A stretch of 64,000 bases of DNA from the human T2T-CHM13v2.0 reference genome, Homo sapiens (GCF_009914755.1 NC_060940.1), one strand, 5' to 3'. Positions 1-20,440 are shown, counted from the stretch's first letter. The notes: generated by a model not told the origin, from the letters alone. Numbers and translations are program-made.

Positions 1-180
1 CCCACCTTGCCCTCCCAAAGTGCTGGGATTACAGGTATGAGCCACCATACATACACAGCCTTATCTTAAATTGTTAAATATAAACATAATACTCAGGTCC
101 TTAGCAGCCCCTTCTCTATATTGTTCCAATTAACTGCCTCCCACTGCGATTTCTCTTGCACATGCATGCACGCACTCTAA

Positions 181-484
<304 letters not shown>

Positions 485-586
485 CACACACTTTTTCAAG
501 AAGCAACTAGATTTAATCTTCCTAAATTGTGCCACTCTCCCGCAGCTAATATGATTCCCTAAAGTCACTCCAAATACACTTGAACT

Positions 587-914
<328 letters not shown>

Positions 915-1150
915 CTATGATTCAAGGCCTACAATAGGGTTCCCAACCCAGTGCTTCAGCTTCACCTCTTATTTGTATTACTCCTCAGAAGTACCCAATT
1001 TCTCTACACACTGACAATTTGCACCTGGTCTTATCCTAATTTTCTTCTATTTTGGGGGGGATTCTCCCCCAAATTCACAGTGAAAATTGTACAGACCAAT
1101 TCCATCACCCTACCACTCCATACTTAACTGTATAGCTTTCCCTCCTCTGA

Positions 1151-1512
<362 letters not shown>

Positions 1513-1636
1513 GAAAGGAAGGAAGGTATACTGAGAATTGTATCACAAAATCCACATGCTCTCCCCTTTACAAAGCCCTTTACTTTTCTCCCATAATAAC
1601 TTATAGCCTCCTTGAAGACAGTGGTTTTACAAGTCA

Positions 1637-3960
<2,324 letters not shown>

Positions 3961-4154
3961 AGAAAAACATAAAAACAAACGTTCCTTTAGTTTTATTTTT
4001 CATTTTTATTTTTTAGTTTATTATGGCTGTTTTACTCTCCCCTCAAGTAAAATAGCCATACACAATTTGCTGAAATTTTCCTTAGTGTACTTTGAAATCC
4101 GTGGAACAGAACTGGAAATCACTGAATTCTATTTGACTCTAGTTCCATTTAATA

Positions 4155-4218
4155 TTAGACTGGTGTGAAAGCAATTGCGGTTTTTGCCAAAACCGCAATT
4201 ACTTTTGCACCCACCTAA
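4155..4218. mobile_element. MADE1 (Hsmar1-derived MITE), internally shortened palindrome
   Basis: ttagactggtgtgaaagcaattgcggttttt...aaaaccgcaattacttttgcacccacctaa matches the MADE1 TIRs, with TA target-site duplications at 4153-4154 and 4219-4220. Confidence 0.9.
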
Positions 4219-5073
4219 TAGGTATAAAATATGTAACTTCACTTAATTTTATCTTTTATGTATTTCCCCGTATTATGTACCTATGGACATCAAACTTAGT
4301 ACAGACTGATAAAAGGCTGAATAGACAACTCTGGTTTCAAAAATCCAGCTTCTCACAACATCAGACATACTAGTATACAGCTTTTCTAATTTCACAACAC
4401 ATTTCCATTTCTTGGTCTTTCACAACAGAGAAGATGTGTGTACTTTTGAATACTTTAATCTGTCTACAATCTACCAAAATTGGAAGGTCTTTTTATTATA
4501 CAGTTTCATCCTTTTAGAAGTATAGAAAGATCCTAAGTTTGGGCACAGTAAGACACTCAATATAGATCTACTACTAAACAAGTAAGACCAATTACACAAT
4601 TAATGTCCTAAAACCCCGAGTGGAGAAGTAAAATCTACTTGTTTTCTGTTGACTTGAATGCCTTCTCTTCTTTGTTGAATTAATCAATCTATTTGACTCC
4701 AATGTCAAATTAATCAGTCACTTTAGAATATTAAAATGTACAATTATGAATTACACATTTAATTTTAAAACACATCATTCTGATCTCTGTCTTGATTGAT
4801 ACTAGAAGATTATCTTCCAAACTAAGGTGGAAAAAATGACAGACTTTAGCTATTGGCAATGATAGGTCATTTTTTTAGGGAAGAGGAGTAAAGAGGGCAA
4901 CCTCCATAGGTCAGATATCCCTTTGTTCTAAGAAGCCACCACCCCTGTTTCTTCATATGAAAAAAACCAGAGGCATCCAGTGGTTCCCAAAACCTTCTCA
5001 ACTTTACGCTTGAGGAACCCATAGATTTCAAATAATACAACTGACCTAAGACCACTCATTTGTTTAACCATTC

Positions 5074-6246
5074 TTTGAGAAGGAGTCTTGCTCTGTTGCC
5101 CAGGCTGGAGTGCAGTGGTGTGATGTCGCTCAGGACAACCTCCGCCTCTCAGGTTCAAGTGATTCTCCTGCCTCAGCCTCCCGAGTAACTGGGATTACAG
5201 GCATGCACCACCATATCCCGCTAATTTATTTATTTATTTATTTATTTTAGTAGAGACGGGGTTTCACCATGTCAGTTGGCCAGGCTGGTCTCGAATTCCT
5301 GACCTCGGGTGATCCACCCACCTCAGCCTCCCAAAGTGCTGGGATTACAGGTGTGAGCCACTGCCCCCGGCCTGCTTAACCATTCTTAAATGTCGGGTGC
5401 GGTGGCTCACACCTGTAATCTCAACACTTTGGGAGACTGAAGGTGGGCAGACTGTTTGAGTTCAGGGGTTCAAGACCAGCCTGGGCAACGTGGTGAAAAC
5501 CCCATCTCTACAAAAAATACAAAAATGAGCCGGGCTGTTGGCAAGCGCCTGTAGCCCCAGCTACTTGTGGATGCTGAGGCAGGAGGCTTGAGCCTGGGAG
5601 GTCGAGACTGCAGTAAGCCAAGTATCTGTGCCACTGCACTCCAGCCTGGGTGACACAGCAAGACCCTGTTCTCAAAAAAATTTACAGAAGAGTTGACTGG
5701 GAGCACAGTGAATGAAAAGGAAGACTATAAGCCAGTGCCATATAAATGCTCACTGTTGGAGGTATGCTTCTATGGAACACGGGTTTGCTCTCTTGCCATA
5801 TGACATTCACATATACAGCCACCTGCAACACTTCCTGTCAGTATGTGTGAAGTATCATGTGTGGTCAAAATGGACTCAACAGTCATTTTCCACACCAACT
5901 GGCAAACTAACACTAAAAGAAATCAACAAGTGTTGCTTTTTCAAAAGCCTAAATCGGCTGAGTGCGGTGACTTACACCTGTAATCCCAGCACTTCGGGAG
6001 GCCAAAGCAGGCGGATCACCTGAGTCAGGAGTCCAAGAACAGGCTGGCCAACATGGTGGAATCCCGTCTCTACTAAAAATACAAAAATTAGCTGGACGCC
6101 TGTAATCCCAGCTACTCAGGAGGCTGAGGCAGGAGAATTTTTCCTTGTAACCGGGAGGCAGAGGCTGCAGTGAGTCGAGATGACACCACTGCACTCCAGC
6201 CTGGGAGACAGAGCAAGACTCCATCTCAGGAAGGAAAAAAAAAAAG
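5074..6246. mobile_element. Three Alus: 5074-5373 (-), ~5392-5680 (+), ~5956-6246 (+)
   Basis: Alu consensus matches. Confidence 0.85.
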
Positions 6247-8545
6247 GCCTACATCAAGGAAAACAGAACCAAAACACCAGGGACAAAATGGTACATAAGA
6301 GGCAAAAAAAATTAATCAAAATTATTCAGATGAACCATAATAAATGTGCCTGCATCTGAAGATGTTCTAAACCTTCATTTAAGCAAGAAGCAAGATCAAG
6401 ATCCGTTCTGTCAGTTACCTGGAGTCTGTCGTCTTTCTGAATAGGGGACAGAATCACCTCAAATTTAACTAATAAAAATTTATGACTTGGCAAACACCCC
6501 AGGTATTTTTATTGACTAACAAATCAGCTATGACAATCTTAGCAACAAATCAAGTTATGCTATGGGGTATGTCCACACTTCCCTGTTCCCTCTACAACAG
6601 GAGAAAATCAAATCTTTCCAACATCCTAACAAACTGTTACTCCCTATAACCAAATGTATATCACAGTATCGTCTACCAAGGCGTTACATCCTGAAACTTT
6701 CTTACAAAAAGCACAGCTTCAAAGAAACCTTGTAAGCTTTCTTGTAAGCTCCTCCCTTCCCCCATCGCCCCTCCCCAGAGCCAAGAAATAAAGCACTTGA
6801 AAGAAACAACATGGATAATATTTATTAATAGCTCATGTACATATTCCATAACTACATAAGCCATTTGGCTTCATACCTGTCAGCAATGAAGTCAGCTGGC
6901 CCTAGCACGTGGCTGCGACTCTTCTCTATTTATTTAGAACTACCAACTACAATTTACACTTTTCCAAAAGCTGTAGGACTATTTGGGAAGGGCACTTTAT
7001 TCTTCTAAAAGGTTACTAAATTCTCTTATATACTTATACTGATCACAATACTGAAAAATAATAGAAAATCCATTGTCATTTATTTACCACCTAATTTGTT
7101 AGATGCCAGAAAATCAAATTTCACACATTTCAATAAAAAGGCAAAACTAAGCATGTCAATCATAGAAAAAAATACTTAATCAACTAATTTTATTTAAAGC
7201 ACTCACAAACTCTTAAGTGGTACAAGACAAGTCAACGCTGTTTATCGAACAATATTTTTTTTTTTACGACTAAACATCTCAATTCTAGACTCAGGCACTA
7301 ATTATTAAAGTCATCTAGTTATATACACCAATTCTCAACAGACACAGTATTTGGAAAGGCATATTAAATAGACTAAGATGTGTACCACCTATTAGCCAAA
7401 GATAATTTTATTGATTTTTCTAACGAGTCTTCAAATGTTACATTCTAACATCTTAGCAAATTATTTCCAAATACTGCTGGAATTACATGTAACTATCAGG
7501 AAACAAAAGGGCTTCCCAACAACTTGCGCGTTCTACATTATTTGGCCAGTTTCTGGACAATTATAATAACAATTGTGCTCCAAAGTAGGAGAGTTCCATG
7601 AATCAATTACCCCTAAAATATATTTCTGTATATTTAAGGAGTTCTAAGCATTGGGTTAAATTCCAAACAGACTCTGAATACAAGCATTTATTAAGAGAGA
7701 TTAGAATAAATCAGTCCTAAATTAGGCACAGCTGCCCTCCCATTGATCAAAAAGACAGGAAACTACATTTATTTAAAAAGTTAATGTTCCTAATATATTC
7801 AAATCTCACTAAGCCCCAAAACGGTCTGAGATCAAATCCTCCATAAATGAGGAAATTCTCTAGACTTCTAAGTGGGTGCCCAAAGAGTTCACTCAAGTGT
7901 CCAGGTATGAATTACGATTCACCAGAGTAACCGGCCTTGCACTTAGGGAAAACTTCCATCGCCCAAGACCAGCGTGGGTCGATCCCATCAACAGTCACAC
8001 AATCTCATCTCATGCTCCACTAATGAATGTTCTGCCTAGAGTCAGAGCAATGCCTTAGCTGGAGTTTTGTTTTGTTTTTTTCAATATTAACACGTGGGGG
8101 TCACAGAAAGGAACAGAGGTTAGAAGAGCTCTCACGTGGCGGCTGAAAGAGTGGGGAACCGAGAAAGTGAATGAGTAACAGGGAGGGTCCTGGACTCTCA
8201 GCATCTCCCAACTCGGGGTCAGGGGGAGGCTGTAACTGGAATGCCCCCCACCCCCACCCCCGCCTCTTTCTCACCTCCTGGTCCCGACCCCAGGCCAGTG
8301 CCACCGCCGGGAGCCCCGGGTCTCGGCTCCAGCCCCGGGCTGAACAAGCAGGGAGGGGAGGCACTTAGGCCTCGCCTCCCCGCGGCCTTCCTCCCCCAGC
8401 CGGGGCGGAGGAGACCCAGGAAGCCGCGCCCGGCTCCGAGGGGTGGAGGGCCTAGGCCGCGCCTCCCAGCCCCGCGGCCCTAGGCCTCGGCCCGCCCGAG
8501 GCGGAGCCCGGGAGGTCGGGGCGGGGTCCCGGGCCGGTCACCCAC

Positions 8546-8637
8546 CTGGGTTGCCAGTCATTCCAGCTCCGCGGATACTTGGTGCCGCCGCCGCCGCCGC
8601 CGCTGCTCAGCCGAGACCCCGGGGCTCTGCGGCTCAT
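8546..8637 (-). CDS. SMG1: SMG1 (nonsense-mediated decay PI3K-related kinase), coding part of exon 1 (92 nt: 30 codons + 2 nt)
   Basis: The minus-strand ATG at 8637 reads [30 protein letters not shown](R), the recognised human SMG1 N-terminus. It ends at the canonical donor CCCAG|GTGGGT (8546|8545). The Gly6-TKYPR form fits the parent gene better than SMG1P copies, which I recall as GGTNYSR. Confidence 0.95.
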
Positions 8638-8657
8638 TACCTTCCCCGACACGACAT
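8637..8657 (-). CDS. Upstream ORF MSCRGR* with stop overlapping the SMG1 start codon (TAATG)
   Basis: The minus strand reads gccATG TCG TGT CGG GGA AGG TAA TG: ATG at 8657-8655 and TAA at 8639-8637, sharing the A of the main ATG. Translation is not demonstrated. Confidence 0.55.
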   Translation of the reverse strand: MSCRGR

Positions 8658-9000
8658 GGCCAAGCGCCGCCGCCCAAAGAAGCGCGAGTCGCCGCCCGAA
8701 CCGGCCGCCGCCGACACCCCGCTCCGGCCCGGGGCTGAGGAGGAAGCCGAGAAGGAGGAGGAGGAGGAGGAGGAGGAGGAGAAGGAGGAGGCGGCGGAGG
8801 GCGGGGGAAGAGGACGGCCGTTCCGGGTTCCGCCTGAGCCCGCAGCGCAGGACGAGGAGGCGGGAGCGGCGCGGTGAGAGAGAGGCGGATGAAGGGGAGG
8901 CGACGTCTTTTCCAGGGCCGTGCGCGGCCCACGTCGCCGGGGCCCCGGAGGACGAGGACGACGAGGAGCAGGCGGTGGCGGCAGCTCCTCACGCTCACAC
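8638..9000 (-). other. SMG1: SMG1 exon 1 5' UTR (TSS approximate, ~9000)
   Basis: GC-rich leader upstream of the ATG, containing a (CCT)n tract and one upstream ATG (8657). The TSS is estimated from recalled UTR length and cannot be read from the sequence. Confidence 0.6.
8755..8790. repeat. (GAG)9-AAG-(GAG)2 trinucleotide tract, (CCT)n in the SMG1 5' UTR
   Basis: Read directly. Confidence 0.9.
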
Positions 9001-9399
9001 GGCCACTGCTTCCCCGCCTCCCGGCTCCGCCCGCCGCGCCGCCGCTGTCGCACGGCATGCTGGGAGCGAGGGGCGGGGTTGGCGCCCGCCGGGCCTGGGG
9101 AGAGAGGCGGGTCCTGTCGGCGGGGCGGAGCCGAGAGAGGCGGGGTCGATAGCAGGCCGCCCCGCCCCCCACGTCCCCAGGCCCTTGGGCAGCGAAGAGG
9201 TCTGGGCGTAGCGGTGACGAATCCTAAGACAGGGGATCTCCACTACTGCGGCCACACACTTTTCTCCCAAACGCTTCCCGGAAAGCACCGGAGGGCCGGG
9301 CAGTCAGGTGTAAACAGGCGTCCAATCAAGGACCTGCGGTGTGGGTGGGGGCTGGTGCCCTGCGGTGCGCGCGCACACAGGCGTGCCCTTGGATTCACG

Positions 9400-10450
<1,051 letters not shown>

Positions 10451-11363
10451 CTAAAGCATCTGATGCATAACGTGAATGCACACACGTTTTTTAAAAGTTG
10501 GGCCAGGATGCTCCTTAAACGAGTGTCTAAACCGTATCTGCATAAGGAGTCATAACCTATCATTTTATGTTGCAAAGAAAACGTCTTTATATATCGCTTG
10601 TGCAAATAAATATTGTTACCAAAAGTACTTGAAGATTACGAGGAGTTGACCCCTTCACACACATGCATATCCCCTCCACCTTGGGCTCCTTGCTTATGGC
10701 CACCAATCCCTCACTAAGGGAGGATCCTGCCAGTTCTAAATGATGGGGACTACAAAAATTACAAAAATTAGCTGGCGTGGTAGCGCGTGCCTGTGGACCC
10801 AGGAACTCAGGAGGGTGAGGCAGGAGGATGACTTGAGTCCAGCGGGTGGAGGCTGCAGTGACCTATGATCCCGCCACTGCACTCCAGCCTGGGCTGCGGA
10901 GGGTAGGGAGGGAGGGAGGGAGGAGAAGAAAAAGAAAAGGAGGGGCACCATGGATGGCTGACTCCTGTAATCCCAGCACTTTGGGAGGCCGAGGTGGGTG
11001 GATCATTTGAGGTCAGGAGACCAGCCTGACAAACATGGTGAAACCCCATCTCTACAAAAAAATACAAAAATTAGCCAGGCATGGTGGCGCACGCCTGTAG
11101 TCCCAGCTATTCGGGGAAGCTGAGGCATGAGGATTGCTTGAACCCGGGAGCCAGAGGTTGCAGTGAGCCGAGATCATGCCACTGAACTCCAGCCTGGGTG
11201 ACAGAGCAAGACTGTCTCCAAAAAAAAAAAAATCATTTAGGTGAAGTGATTCATGCCTGTAATTCCAGTGATGGGAGGCTGAGACTGGAAGATCCTTGAG
11301 CCTGGGAGTTATAGGCCAGCCTGAGCAACATAGTGAGACCCCCATCTCTACAAAAATTATTAA

Positions 11364-11873
<510 letters not shown>

Positions 11874-11964
11874 TGATCCGCCCGCCTCGGCCTCCCAAAG
11901 TGATGGGATTACAGGCGTGAGCCACCGCGCCTGGCCCTCTTTTTCTTTATTGGTCAAAATATTA

Positions 11965-12234
<270 letters not shown>

Positions 12235-12759
12235 TTAAGTTGCTTTCCAGAAGTTTCTGCCAATGATAGTCTGATACTTTCTGTGTCCTCACACCACCCT
12301 TTGTCAACACTGAGTGTTTTTGAGGGTTAATTATTTCTATGAGAGAAGTTAAAAAAAAAAAGACAACAGAGAAATTGCTTCAGGTGGGGCATGGTGGCTC
12401 ACGCCTGTAATCCCAGCACTTTGGGAGGCTGAGATGAGAGAATCACTTAAGCCTAGGAGGTGGAGGTTGCAGTGAGCCTAGATCGTGCCACTACACTCCA
12501 GCCTGGGCAACAGAGTGAGACTCCATTTCAATAAAATTAATCAAATGAATCAAACGTGAGCAACTCTCATAACTTCCAACATTTTTTTCTTCTTCCTGTT
12601 GGTGGTTCTGCCTCTCTGGTTCCATTAGGATTTCCCTACTCCATTTCAGTCATGGGAGCCGAGTTTCTGTTCCTGAAACACACCAAGCCTTTCTGGCCTC
12701 TGGATTTTTGTACTTGCTGTTCCCGCCATCTGGAATGCCTTCCCTGCATTTGTTCCCAT

Positions 12760-13080
<321 letters not shown>

Positions 13081-13503
13081 CCTGATTTTCCTGGCCTGTC
13101 TCATCTCCAGACAGGTTTCTTTGACGTCCCTTGCCCATAAAAGCTGGCCAGTGCCCTTTCCAGGTACTCTGTCACATACCCTATTTCTTTCCTTGGTAGT
13201 ACCCAGCACCATCTGCAAGTATTGGGTTTCTTTGCATATTTAGCATCGGTCCAACCCTTAGGATATCAGCTTTGCAAGAGCAAAGGTCACATCTATCTCA
13301 GCCTACCTCCTCCATACTCAGCACACAGCACAGCACCTGACCATAGGAAGCACTCAAGAAATGGGAGGAATGAAATGGAAATTATCTAAAATAAGGATCA
13401 AGATTGATACAGAAGTATTCATCTCAGTTTTACTTATTAATAGCAAAACAAAAACAAAACACCTGGAAATTATACTAATGCTCAACAATAGGAAACTGAT
13501 TAG

Positions 13504-13918
<415 letters not shown>

Positions 13919-15769
13919 TGAATGAATGAACAGAGAATGAATACTCTTAGAGTGTGGCAGTGACTCAGACAGACCAACTGAGTAAACTTTAGCCAAGACA
14001 TCAAGTCTTAGCTCTAAAAATAGTGACCAACTCTACCTAATGTTTATTGAGCATTTATTTTTTATTTTATTTTATTTTATTTTATTTTGAGATGGAGTCT
14101 TGCTCTGTCGCCCAAGCTGGAGTGTAGTAGCAACATCTCGGCTCACTGCAACCTCCGCCTCCCAGGTTCAAGCAATTCTCCTGCCTCAGCCTCCTGAGCA
14201 GCTGGGACTACAGGCATGTGCCACCATGCCCAGCTAATTTTTGTGTTTTTAGTAAAGACAGGATTTCGCCATGTTGGCCAGGCTGGTCTCGAACTCCTGA
14301 CCTCAGGTCATCTGCCCACCTCAGCCTCCCAAAGTGCTGGGATTACAGGCATGAGCCACGGCACTCGGCCTTTATTGAGCATTTACTAATGCAAAACCAC
14401 TCAGTCAAATGATCAATATGAGTTGTTACTTCAAGGAATTCCCCCAAACCAAGCTAAGGTAGGTTTCAATGTGGCATTTTACACTTTGGGGCTGTGATAC
14501 CAAGAGAAGCTAGCTCCCTGCACAAGGTCACCCAGCTGGTAGCAGGCAGGGCCAGGAAGGGAATGTCACAGGCAGAGACAGAAGGGACATTTGGCCCCAA
14601 CTCCACATTCGTCAAAGGCGTCAGATTTAGACCTTTGACGTGATCGCCTAGTGAAGTTAGACCCAGAGTCCCAGAGACACTCGAACAGGAAGGAAGTCTG
14701 AAGTTAACAAACTATGTCCATTACCAGCTCACACACCTGTAGAGGCTGTGCATGGCATTCATACTTCCTAATAAATTATATTATTACCTGGTGAACATGT
14801 AATTACATCGCTTCATAGTTTGTTTCCCCTTGTGTTAAAAGTGTTCAAAACATAAAAAGGAAACAAAATATAGTACAAATTGTGAATGCTCTTTGTTATT
14901 TCTTAAATTTTTGATACACTCAGAACCTCAAAAACTGTGAGTAACGTGATCCTGTCTTAACTCCTAAAAGATCTTCCAGTAAGGATTCGAACACAAACCA
15001 ACCCCAGGGTCTTTCATCACCAGGATTTTCCTAGAAATCTTCCAAACTTCCTAGAGAGACACTGTACTGACATTTATTCTCTAAGTAAACAAAAGAGAAT
15101 TCTCTCTTTTGTTTTCTTTTGACCCTATGTCTGGCCCAGGATTAACCCCTATTAGGCACCAAGAATTGAGGAACTTTATTCTCAACCAGGAGACTCAACT
15201 TACATGGGTGATTTTTAAAATGCAATCTTAAAAGCAAATCCACATCATAAAGACATTAAAGCAGATTTTTCAAAAAGAAAAACAGCAGCCTTCTTGTTCC
15301 TGCTCCCAGCTAGGAAATCTTTGTCACAGGTCAGGCTCCCTCAGTAAGGGCTATTTTTATAGCGATTTTTCAAGCTGGTGCAGGAGGAATTTGGCTGAGA
15401 AACCTCATGACACATTTGAAATCTCCACTTGGGCAGTCTCAGCTTGAGGCAGGGGCCAAAATTCTATGAATCAGGGCACAAGAAGTGCTGCCCAGTGGCT
15501 CGTGCATTCTTTCAACAATAAAATAGGAAGCCGGTGATGCTCATCTTAAGCTATTTGTAACTTTTAAATTGGAGAAAACAAGAAAGTGAAATTCCCTTAT
15601 GTTTGGTCCTGAGCTGCCCAAGGACTGGCATGGTGATTTTAATGGAGCTAACTCCTTTGCTTTCCCTGATTAATCCATTATTAGGAATATATGTAAATAA
15701 AATGCAAACTTATGTAAATAAAATCTCCCAACAGCAAGTTACTGCCCTCTATTGTTTATACAGTTATCA

Positions 15770-16010
<241 letters not shown>

Positions 16011-16577
16011 TAACTCTAAAGAGTTAAAGAGACTACCAAATAAGGGAAGGATAAATATTTCACTTCAGAACTTCTAGTTGAAATAGGATCATTTAGCTTC
16101 TTTGGGACACTGCTATCTATGTCTTAGCTGAAATGATTTCTTCATCCCATACCAGGGAAGCAAATGGAGGCTTATTCCATAAAGTGTTTTGTGCTGTATA
16201 ATTTGAAGGTCACACTGCTTGGCATAGTGTTTTCACCATCCCCCAGGCATACCACGTCTCAGAGGACCCTCCCTGCTGGTCCCTGGAAGAGGCTTCTCAG
16301 ATAAAGCAGGACTTAAGGTAGTTTTTAGATGAAGGGGAGCAGATGGCTGAGTATTACATCACCTCGGGTAAAGGAAACAGGGATATGAAAATAATAGGAT
16401 TGTAGAAAAATAATAGTCTAATCTCCAAATTATCAACAAGTATTGGGGAAGTGTTTACTCCCAGCAAACATCAGGGATGGAAGGGGACTAATAAAAGCCT
16501 GGCCCTGTACTACTCAATTTAAAAGCAGATACCATCTTTTTTACCTTTGTGTCAAACTAATAACAGCCACTTACTAA

Positions 16578-17589
<1,012 letters not shown>

Positions 17590-17877
17590 TGAGATTACAG
17601 GCACTTGCCACCATGCCCGGCTAATTTTTTGTATTTTTAGAAGAGAAAGGGTTTCACCATGTTGGCCAGGCTGGTCTCCATCTTCTGACCTCGTGATCTG
17701 CCCGCCTCGGCCTCCCAAAGTGCTGGGATTACAGGCGTGAGCCACCCTGCCCGCCCAGAGATGGGGTCTTTCTATGTTGCCCAGACTGATCTTGAGCTCC
17801 ATGCCTTAAGCAATCCCCCCACCTCCCACAGAGGAGCTGGAGACCAGCCTGACCAACATGGTGAAACCCCGTCTCTA

Positions 17878-18159
<282 letters not shown>

Positions 18160-18217
18160 TCACTTGAGTCCAGAATTTCAAGACCAACCTGGGCAACATG
18201 GAGAAACCCTGTCTCTA

Positions 18218-18355
<138 letters not shown>

Positions 18356-18489
18356 CTACACTCCAGCATGAGTGATAGAGTAAGACCTATCTTAAAAATA
18401 ATAATAATAAAGAAAAGAAATAGACTTATAGCTATCTATATATATGTTATGTAATGTTATATAGATATAGGAAAAGGCTGGAAGGATAT

Positions 18490-19259
<770 letters not shown>

Positions 19260-19389
19260 TAGGTTAGTCTCAAACTCCTGACCTCAAGTGATCCTCCTGC
19301 CTTGGCCTCCCAAAGCACCCATGTGTGCCACCACACCCGGCCCATAGTAATTCTTCAAACATCGACCAACTGGTGGTTCTTGGCTGCTG

Positions 19390-19850
19390 AGAAGCCAGAC
19401 CGGACAATGTGTGTGCACCTGCTATTCTCCATTGGTCCCTGCAAATCTATTCTCCATCTTTCTCCATTCAGCTCTGCAACCCAGAGAGTGACCTGCATGG
19501 AGCGTGCCAGCTGAATCCCTTGTCCTGTGTCTTCTGGCTGAGTTCTACCATAGGAAACACCGCCACGTGGGAGAACAGGAAGACATTGATGTCTGGGTGC
19601 TTATTCCTAAAGCTTCCTCCCTGAGGTCACCTGGAGGTTGCTGCATCTCTCTACTGAAGGCCACAGTTCCTGTCATATGACTGTCTCCATCCAGCTGCCT
19701 TCTCTAAGTTCCAGCAACCACTGTCTCTCTCCCTTGATCTTTGAGCCTAAAGGTAATGCAGGCTCCCTGATGTTGCTAGCCCTAGGATACTGCAGCATTC
19801 TTTGTTAGTTTACTAAAACCCTCTGTAAATAACCCTTTGCTACACTTTCA
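19390..19850 (+). mobile_element. Old ERVL LTR (LTR33-like)
   Basis: Similar to the LTR33 consensus (ctgaaggccacagttcctgtca...ttgctagccctagg...ctgtaaataaccc). Confidence 0.45.
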
Positions 19851-20244
19851 TCATCTTTCTTTCTTTCTTTTTTAGAGACAAGGTCTCCCTCTGTCACCCA
19901 GGCTAGGGTGCAGTGGCACAATCACGGCTCAGGACCGGTGCAAGAAGGGAAGGTTGCATTCATAAGTTAGCAAACTTCAGAAAGCTCTTTGAAAAAAAAA
20001 AAAAAAAAAGAATCTTATTACCATTTTGTTTTTGTAGAAAGCCCACTTGATAAAAGTATTAATAACACACATGAGAAAGAGCTCACAGTGTTTTCCAGAA
20101 AAAAACACTTTGATTCTATAAAAGAGGTCAGTAGACTACAATATGAAGAATCCTTCTGTTGGCTTAACTTTTAGACTATATGACAAGTTCTCTGACTATA
20201 AAGACACTGATCAAAAGAACTCAGTTTAGCACAATATCCAAAGT

Positions 20245-20440
20245 CCAAAGTACAAGCAATAAAAGAAGAATCAGGTAAATTAGACTACATCAAAATGTTA
20301 AACTTTTTGCCTCAAAGGACACCATCAACAGGGTGAAAAGACAAAGCATGGAATGGGAGAAAATATTTGCAAATCATATATTTGATAAAGGGTTAATATC
20401 TAGAATATATAAAGAGCTCCTACAACTCAACAACAACAAC
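20245..20440 (+). mobile_element. L1M fragment (ORF2 3' region)
   Basis: Translates [32 protein letters not shown], a typical L1 ORF2 C-terminal segment. Confidence 0.85.

Noticed and set aside
6673-6864. ORF MAYVVMEYVHELL... resembling a kinase hinge motif (YxVMEY)
   Set aside because: No other kinase motifs are present, so this is a short chance match in intronic DNA.
8546-8637. Possibility that this is an SMG1P pseudogene copy
   Set aside because: The Gly6-TKYPR sequence matches the parent SMG1 as recalled, whereas paralogues have a shorter Gly run. Not fully excluded without alignment.
19931-20010. Unique sequence followed by an A-run, as a possible processed pseudogene fragment
   Set aside because: No polyadenylation signal, TSD or recognisable parent gene.
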